Part shown: piece by piece, positions 26,652 through 32,000 of the stretch
Position numbering within the stretch: the stretch's first letter is position 1
Layout of the letters: every line of letters begins with the position of its first letter
Assembly (NCBI GenBank): GCA_023480925.1
Contig: JAMCWY010000003.1
Location: 13,104 to 45,103 of the forward strand
From: Patescibacteria group bacterium
GTDB lineage: Bacteria; Patescibacteriota; Minisyncoccia; UBA6257; HR35
Length of the DNA: 32,000 nt
Direction of reading: 5' to 3'
Translations under genes and position numbers: made by a program
Notes under the pieces: generated by a model
Database searches by the model: none
Seen by the model: only the letters and a program-made list of their open reading frames with translations
Told to the model about the DNA's origin: nothing

Positions 26652-27374
26652 ATGAAAATTCCAGTTTATAATCAATTGGCCGAGATTGTTTCCGAGATTG
26701 AAACGCCGGAAATTTTTGATCAGATTATCATTAAGCCGGAATTGATTCATCAAGCAGCGCGTTGGCAGATTTTAAATTCCTATTATCCTTTCGCTCACAC
26801 CAAAAATCGAGGCGACGTTCGAGGCGGTGGCCGAAAACCATGGCGGCAGAAGGGTACTGGTCGGGCTCGACACGGTTCGCGCCGATCGCCAATTTGGCGC
26901 GGCGGCGGTATTACTTTCGGGCCAAGAAACGAAGAAGATAAAAGTGTTGAAATCCCCAAAAAAATGAGGCGAAAAGCAATTTTGATGGTGGTGGCGGGGA
27001 AACTTAAATCTGACTCGGTTCGAGTGATTGAAAATATAAAACCAAACGATTTAAAAACAAAATCGATGGAAAAAATCTTGGCCAAATTTCTTAAAGCTCG
27101 AGCCGGCCGGAAAAAAGACGGCGAACAAAAAAAGTTCGAATCGACTTTAGTCGCTTTAACCCAACCAGATCAGGCGATTATTCGAATTACGGCAAACTTG
27201 TCTTACGTCGAAACGATTGAGGCGAGAAATTTGAACATCTTGGCTCTTTTGAATCATCGTTATTTAATTTTGGAACCAAGCGGTCTTGATCTGATTGAAA
27301 AAACATTTACTTTAATCAGGCCGAAGTCGGACGAGATCGATTTGAACCAAAAGCCGGCTTTAACCAAAGTTTAA
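26652..27374 (+). CDS. rplD: 50S ribosomal protein L4.
   Basis: It has the [34 protein letters not shown] loop. Confidence 0.95.
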   Translation: MKIPVYNQLAEIVSEIETPEIFDQIIIKPELIHQAARWQILNSYYPFAHTKNRGDVRGGGRKPWRQKGTGRARHGSRRSPIWRGGGITFGPRNEEDKSVEIPKKMRRKAILMVVAGKLKSDSVRVIENIKPNDLKTKSMEKILAKFLKARAGRKKDGEQKKFESTLVALTQPDQAIIRITANLSYVETIEARNLNILALLNHRYLILEPSGLDLIEKTFTLIRPKSDEIDLNQKPALTKV

Positions 27375-27382
27375 TTTAAACA

Positions 27383-27823
27383 ATGAGTGTTTTAGATTTT
27401 TTTAAAAGAAGAAGAGAAACAGAAAAGCGTCGGTCGGCCGAGAAAGAAAAAAAGCGTGAAGAAAAAAATTCTTTAAATCGAAACCAATCGGACCGGGAAG
27501 ACAAAAAGGAAAAAGATTTGAGGATTGTCGGCAAGACAAAATATTTTTTCGCCAAAGATATTTTACTCGCGCCGGTGCTGACGGAAAAATCAAGGGATCT
27601 TTTGAAGTTAAATAAATATATTTTTAAAGTTCAACCAAAAGCGAATCGAAAAGAAGTTAGGGAAGCGGTTGAAAAGATTTTTAACGTTCAAGTCGAAAAA
27701 GTCAATATATTGAAATTGAATAAACGCGTTCGCGGCCGCTTAAAAATTCCGTCAATCCGGCCATTGACAAAAAAAGCCTTAATTACATTGAAACCGGATA
27801 ATCGAATTTCGATTTTCGATTAA
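27383..27823 (+). CDS. rplW: 50S ribosomal protein L23 with a possible 45-aa basic/acidic N-terminal extension.
   Basis: The core is DILLAPVLTEKS...KYIFKVQPKANRKEVREAVEKIFNVQVEKVNIL. An alternative TTG start at 27518 would give a normal protein of about 101 aa. Confidence 0.85.
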   Translation: MSVLDFFKRRRETEKRRSAEKEKKREEKNSLNRNQSDREDKKEKDLRIVGKTKYFFAKDILLAPVLTEKSRDLLKLNKYIFKVQPKANRKEVREAVEKIFNVQVEKVNILKLNKRVRGRLKIPSIRPLTKKALITLKPDNRISIFD

Positions 27824-27883
27824 GCTGAGCTGATTTAAAATTTAATTTCAAAAGTCTTTTGCTTATTTTGGTTTAACTAAAAT

Positions 27884-28213
27884 TTATTCGATTAAGCCGG
27901 CTTCTTTAATCTCTCTGATAATTTCTTCGGGAATCGGATTTTTATTCGGGCTAACGCCAGGATAACGCCAAGCGGATATAATTTTAATTTTTGATTTTGT
28001 CTGTTGAAACATCACCCAAATTTCTTGCCGCCAAATCAATTGGCCATTTTTTCTTTTGGTCGAAGCTGGTTGCATGACCGCGACCGTCGCTTCAGCCACG
28101 CCCGCTTCGATTCTTTTGGGATTATGGAAAACTCGTTTAACCCGACTTTCGGACAAACCGTAAAAACGCATTTTGCTCTGAGAGTGTTTTGTCCAAATAA
28201 ACCTCTCCATCAT
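27884..28213 (-). CDS. Hypothetical protein, DUF4258-like (toxin-like small domain).
   Basis: It is 109 aa long. The N-terminal pattern IWTKHSQSKMRFYGLSESRVKRVF resembles the DUF4258 H-x-R segment. This is recalled from memory, not searched. Confidence 0.3.
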   Translation of the reverse strand: MMERFIWTKHSQSKMRFYGLSESRVKRVFHNPKRIEAGVAEATVAVMQPASTKRKNGQLIWRQEIWVMFQQTKSKIKIISAWRYPGVSPNKNPIPEEIIREIKEAGLIE

Positions 28214-28227
28214 TTTAATCTTAGTTT

Positions 28228-29352
28228 TTAATTAGCGTTGCCAATCGCTTGGCTGATTGAATTAAACCCGTCTTTTTTCATTAGTCTAATCAGGCCCTGA
28301 TTGATCTGGCTAATTAATTGCGGTCCTTCAAAAATTAAGCCGGTGATTAGTTCAACCAACGAAGCGCCAAGTTTTATTTTTGCGTAAGCGTCTTGAGCGG
28401 AAAATATTCCGCCGCAGCCGATGATTAAAAATCGGCCCTCGCTTTTTTTGTAAATCAAGCCGATCTGACGATCGCTTAAATCTTTAACCGGTCGGCCGCT
28501 GACGCCGCCGCTAATTGGGATTGAATCGTCAACCAAAAGAGCATTGGCGCGATTTTTGGTCAAATTGGAACAGATAAAGCCGTTGACGCGGTGATTCTGG
28601 CTTACGGCGATAATTGTTTCAACCTCTTGGTCGTTTAGGTCGGGCGAGATTTTTAAAAAGATCGGTTTAGCGCTTTTGAGCGAATCAAATTTGTCTAAAA
28701 GTTGATTTAATCGAACTGGTTCGGACCAGGATTGGCTGTCGTAAGTGTTGGGGCAGCTGATGTTGATGGTAAAATAACCAATTTGATTTAAGTTTGAAAA
28801 CAACCGATAGGTTTGGAAATAATCATTAACGCCCGCTTCAATGTCGGTTGTTTCGCGGCTATTGGTTTTGGCGATATTGAGACCGAGCGGAATCGCGATT
28901 TTTTTATTTTTGATTTTTTCAAAAATTTTTTTCGCGCCATCGTTTTTTAAACCGTAATTAACAACCAAGCCTCGCGATTTTTTTAAACGCCAAAGTCGAG
29001 GTTGAGCGTTGCCGGCGTATGATTGAGCCGTAACTGATCCGACTTCGGCAAAGCCGAAGCCAATCATTGGCAGGATTTCGATTAAGTCGGCGTTTTTGTC
29101 AAATCCACCAGCCAAGCCGATTGGATTGGAAAAATTCAAACCAAGAATATTCTGATTGAGTTTCGGATTGGAATAATTAAAACAAAAACCGACTAAATTT
29201 CGGTTAAAAGATTTTTGGCCAAGTTTTCGGCCGAGCTGAATAAAGCGATTATGAATTTTTTCCGGTTCGATTAGAAAAAAAATTTTTTTGAAAATATTTT
29301 TATAAACAATCTCGCTGAAAAAATTTCTGGCGGAGATCAGACTTTCTTTCAT
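28228..29352 (-). CDS. pyrD: Dihydroorotate dehydrogenase with class 2-like architecture.
   Basis: Motifs are GLAGGFDKNA, PRLWRL, NYGLKNDG, INISCPNT, ISPDL, GGVSGRP and GCGGI. The start is reset to ATG 29352 because the ORF-track start at 29406 runs into tRNA-Pro. Confidence 0.85.
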   Translation of the reverse strand: MKESLISARNFFSEIVYKNIFKKIFFLIEPEKIHNRFIQLGRKLGQKSFNRNLVGFCFNYSNPKLNQNILGLNFSNPIGLAGGFDKNADLIEILPMIGFGFAEVGSVTAQSYAGNAQPRLWRLKKSRGLVVNYGLKNDGAKKIFEKIKNKKIAIPLGLNIAKTNSRETTDIEAGVNDYFQTYRLFSNLNQIGYFTINISCPNTYDSQSWSEPVRLNQLLDKFDSLKSAKPIFLKISPDLNDQEVETIIAVSQNHRVNGFICSNLTKNRANALLVDDSIPISGGVSGRPVKDLSDRQIGLIYKKSEGRFLIIGCGGIFSAQDAYAKIKLGASLVELITGLIFEGPQLISQINQGLIRLMKKDGFNSISQAIGNAN

Positions 29353-29369
29353 TTGGGTTAAATAAAATT

Positions 29370-29444
29370 TCGGGGCGCCGGGATTTGAACCCGGGATCTC
29401 AGGCACCCCATGCCTGCGCCTTAGGCCAACTGGGCTACGCCCCG
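29370..29444 (-). tRNA. tRNA-Pro (anticodon GGG).
   Basis: A hand fold of the reverse complement gives acceptor CGGGGCG/CGCCCCG, anticodon stem CAGGC/GCCTG with loop ATGGGGT, T arm CCGGG-TTCAAAT-CCCGG and discriminator A. Total length is 75 nt. Confidence 0.85.
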
Positions 29445-29498
29445 TCTCGTTCCGGCTTGACGCCTTGGTTAAGGTTTAACGATTAACTTCAAGGCAAA

Positions 29499-29750
29499 CT
29501 AATTTCGTTTTTTTGGCCGGGTTAAAGTTTTAGTTGAGATAATGTCAGGCGGTCTAATTTCTAATTTCTTTTTTATCAAAGCCCGACGGCACTTGGAGCA
29601 AACTTTAATTCTTTGGCCATTAGTCAAACTCAGCCATTGAAGATTGGCTTTCTGAAAATAACTTTCAGTCGGATTGTACTGACTTCTCGTTTTTAACCTT
29701 TTGGTCGCCTTATTTTTGCCTTTGGCGCAGACGGCGCAAACTCTTGCCAT
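29499..29750 (-). CDS. rpmB: 50S ribosomal protein L28.
   Basis: It has the MARVCAVC.KG N-terminus and a later KVCSKCRR, the L28-type pattern. It is 83 aa long. Confidence 0.7.
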   Translation of the reverse strand: MARVCAVCAKGKNKATKRLKTRSQYNPTESYFQKANLQWLSLTNGQRIKVCSKCRRALIKKKLEIRPPDIISTKTLTRPKKRN

Positions 29751-29781
29751 TGTTTTTTATTTTAACATATTCCAAGTATTG

Positions 29782-31140
29782 TCAGAAATTAGCGCTGGCT
29801 TCAATCGTGGTCGAGCTGTTTTGACCTTGGTTGATTTGAAAGCTGGGTAAAAGTTGTTGAATTCTTTGACGAAGGTTTGGAATTTGGTCAGCCCCGGCCG
29901 TGAAAGTAAATTTAAGGCTGTCGTTCGTCAGGGTTGTTTTGGCCAAGTTTGGTTTGAGACTGGAATTTTCAACCGTGTCAACGTAAGAAAAATAATTTTT
30001 TTTCGAATCAATTAATTGGTTTGATTCGGTTAAAAATTGATTCAAGTTGGATCGAAGTTGATCAGAGTTAATGTTTTTACCGCCGGCGGTTTGAGTCAGT
30101 TGATTTGTTTTGAGGCTGAAATCTTTGTTATTGATTTTGAGAGTTTTATTAAAATAAAACAAAAAAACATTGATGATTGAGGCGCTCAAAATGAGAAAGA
30201 TGATCCAAAAATAAATCGCTTGAACGATTCGAGTCAAAGTGAATTCTTGAACTGGTTTGATTTGATTAAGGCTGAGTTCGTTTGTATCTTTGGGAAATTT
30301 TCGGGTTCGTTCAAATAAACCGATACCGAAAATTTCATCGGCGTTGTTGGCCGTAATGTTTTTGAGGTTGATGATTTTGCTATTGGATTGTTCTAAATTA
30401 GGCAGATTAATATCGGACATAAAAAGAATATTAGCTAAGGGCAGGGTCAGTTTTGAGGTCAGAAATGTCAAAGTTCGGTTGACGATCATTTCCGCTTCGT
30501 CCGGGTTAATTGATTCTGAAAAAACATTTTGAATTTGATTATTTTCGTAAGTGATTGTGATGATAACCGAGTTTGAAATAATCAGAACAATGTAGGCGTT
30601 GTCAACCGTGAAAGAAACTTTCGTTTGGAGATAACGGAGAAGGCTGAGAAAACTTGGTTCGACGATTAGAGGCAGGATTTGTTTATGAATGAGCGAGTTG
30701 TTGATATCGTCGATGATATTATGCTGGTAAAAGACTAAAAGAAATTTTTTAAAGTCATTTTGAGAATAAAGTCTTTGGTAAGTCCAAAAATATCGGTCGA
30801 GCGAAATCGGTACCTCGTTTTGAACTTTAAGTGTCAAGATATTGATAAAGTTTTTTGGATCGACGTTTTGAATCGAGATAATTTTGGTAAAAAAGTTTGG
30901 CAGATTAAGGCTAAGGCCGGCTTCGTTGACCTGGTTCTTTTGATTGATCTGATCGATGGCCTTAAGAAGATTTTCGGCCATGAGTCGTTCGCCAAAAACA
31001 AAATCACCGGCGATCTCAATACGTTTGTCTATTTTCGAAGAGCCGCGGTGACGAGAAATACTAAAAGCAACCAACCGTTTTGGTTCAAGAACTAACTGCC
31101 AATTTTCTTTTTTTAATTTGAAATTGAATAGTTTTACCAT
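29782..31140 (-). CDS. Hypothetical bitopic membrane protein, PilM/PilN/PilO-like (type IV pilus alignment complex-like fusion).
   Basis: About 300 cytoplasmic residues are followed by one TM helix (IYFWIIFLILSASIINVFLFYF) and a coiled-coil/alpha-beta exodomain. The assignment rests on architecture only. Confidence 0.3.
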   Translation of the reverse strand: MVKLFNFKLKKENWQLVLEPKRLVAFSISRHRGSSKIDKRIEIAGDFVFGERLMAENLLKAIDQINQKNQVNEAGLSLNLPNFFTKIISIQNVDPKNFINILTLKVQNEVPISLDRYFWTYQRLYSQNDFKKFLLVFYQHNIIDDINNSLIHKQILPLIVEPSFLSLLRYLQTKVSFTVDNAYIVLIISNSVIITITYENNQIQNVFSESINPDEAEMIVNRTLTFLTSKLTLPLANILFMSDINLPNLEQSNSKIINLKNITANNADEIFGIGLFERTRKFPKDTNELSLNQIKPVQEFTLTRIVQAIYFWIIFLILSASIINVFLFYFNKTLKINNKDFSLKTNQLTQTAGGKNINSDQLRSNLNQFLTESNQLIDSKKNYFSYVDTVENSSLKPNLAKTTLTNDSLKFTFTAGADQIPNLRQRIQQLLPSFQINQGQNSSTTIEASANF

Positions 31141-32000
31141 TTAATTCTTGTTTCTAAGTGCCATTCTTCAATTTTATCAAATCTTTCTTCAGGTTGGTTA
31201 AGATAAAAAGCGTTATACCCGCCAAGGTTCTTGGGGACAAGATAAAGATAGTCGGGGTTGGTTAAAAAGATTGATGGTTCGTTTTGTTTAATTAATTCTT
31301 CAATTTTACTAAGATTTTGGCTGTAGTCGGATTGATTTAATGGGGCGATTTCAAGATTTTGGATCACTTTTTGAATTTTAGGATTGTCGGAGTTGGTTAG
31401 ATCGTAAGGCGAGATGGGATTGAAGAATGGCGTCAGTTCCGGGTAGAGGTTATAGTTGATGCCGAAAAGCAGAGCTTGGTAATTTTTGTTTGGAATTGTT
31501 TCGAGCTGAATTTTGTCAACGCTCTGAACGTTGATTTTCCAACCGAATTTATTTTTGAGGTAGTCGCCGATTTTTTGGAAAAAATAATTTCTTGGCACAA
31601 TCAATTCAATCGTTGAACTTGAACTGGTTAATTCCGGCGCCAGATTTTGATTTGAGTTTGAGCTCGAGCTTGAATTGGTTGAGACTTGGGTCAAGTGGTA
31701 AAGTTTTTCGAACGATCGAGAAAAGATATTGTCGGCGATATCGGCGTAACCGTCAAAAGTTTTGTTTTTTATTTCTTCGCGGTTAATTTGACTACTGATC
31801 GAATTAAAATTCAGATTAGTCGTGTTGGTCGCGGTTTGATTAAAGAAAACGCCGATAACGCGCGGCAAAAAAATTTTCTCGATTTTAGAGCGGTTGTTTA
31901 AAAGGGCGGGAATTAAGTCCGGTGGGACGCCGGCCAAAGCCTTAATCTCGCGAATTTTCAGAGCGTCGAAGGCTTGTTGAATGTCGGGGTAAGAATAAAA
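31134..32000 (-). CDS. ABC-transporter family-5 (peptide/nickel type) solute-binding protein-like. The N-terminal part lies outside the window.
   Basis: The frame stays open to base 32000 (...FYSYPDIQQAFDALKIREIKALAGVPPD). The C-terminal half has SBP_bac_5-like patterning. It overlaps the downstream gene by 7 nt. Confidence 0.45.
   Translation of the reverse strand, partial: FYSYPDIQQAFDALKIREIKALAGVPPDLIPALLNNRSKIEKIFLPRVIGVFFNQTATNTTNLNFNSISSQINREEIKNKTFDGYADIADNIFSRSFEKLYHLTQVSTNSSSSSNSNQNLAPELTSSSSTIELIVPRNYFFQKIGDYLKNKFGWKINVQSVDKIQLETIPNKNYQALLFGINYNLYPELTPFFNPISPYDLTNSDNPKIQKVIQNLEIAPLNQSDYSQNLSKIEELIKQNEPSIFLTNPDYLYLVPKNLGGYNAFYLNQPEERFDKIEEWHLETRIKW

Noticed and set aside
29353-29406. 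The ORF-track start of pyrD at 29406 gives an N-terminus MPEIPGSNPGAPKFYLTQ.
   Set aside because: These codons are the reverse-strand reading of the tRNA-Pro T-arm and acceptor region. The real start is ATG 29352 (MKESLISARNFF...), which matches class-2 DHODH N-termini.

Overview
This is a chromosomal segment from an AT-rich bacterium with small genes. Neighbouring coding lines I spot-checked were about 40% G+C, and TGA is used as a stop codon. Start codons sit behind A/T-rich tracts with almost no GGAGG-type Shine-Dalgarno sites. Gene content and protein style suggest Patescibacteria/CPR, but that is inference only. All calls come from reading the sequence and recognising motifs; no searches were run.

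Layout from left to right:
- 1-6153 (+): a tightly overlapping eight-gene operon for GDP-heptose-type sugar-nucleotide synthesis. It holds an hddA-like kinase, an SDR, a Gfo/Idh/MocA oxidoreductase, a transaldolase, gmhA, gmhB, an hddC-like nucleotidyltransferase and a GT2.
- 6267-6640: infA and rpmJ. L36 is below the ORF-track cutoff. An anchored alpha/beta hydrolase and a small Cys protein follow.
- 7911-10394: an FtsQ-like gene and a NUDIX gene on the minus strand, then serS.
- 10595-18921: an F1Fo ATP synthase operon with two intrusions. A MazG-like NTP pyrophosphohydrolase sits between atpA and atpG. A compact RelA/SpoT gene on the opposite strand separates atpD from a minimal atpC.
- 19276-20330: a class II aldolase, then a self-contained tRNA-Lys(UUU) unit with promoter, tRNA and strong terminator.
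- 20340-20830: a roughly 490-bp non-coding island that is G+C-rich and G-skewed, with long-range complementarity and phased CTTGGCGG repeats.
- 20831-24138: an extended -10, a short ATG leader ORF running through an (AG)10 tract, a 914-aa secreted DUF2341/LamG/Fn3-like surface protein that is out of frame by 2 nt, and a co-transcribed pilin-fold protein.
- 24300-27823: tuf-rpsJ-rplC-rplD-rplW, which stops abruptly after L23.
- 27884-32000 (-): a DUF4258-like gene, pyrD, tRNA-Pro(GGG), rpmB, a PilM/N/O-like membrane protein and a partial family-5 solute-binding protein.

No CRISPR array, transposase or integrase was seen. The most interesting signals are the candidate slipped-strand phase switch on the surface protein, the adjacent candidate structured RNA or regulatory island, and the MazG and Rel genes embedded in the ATP synthase operon.
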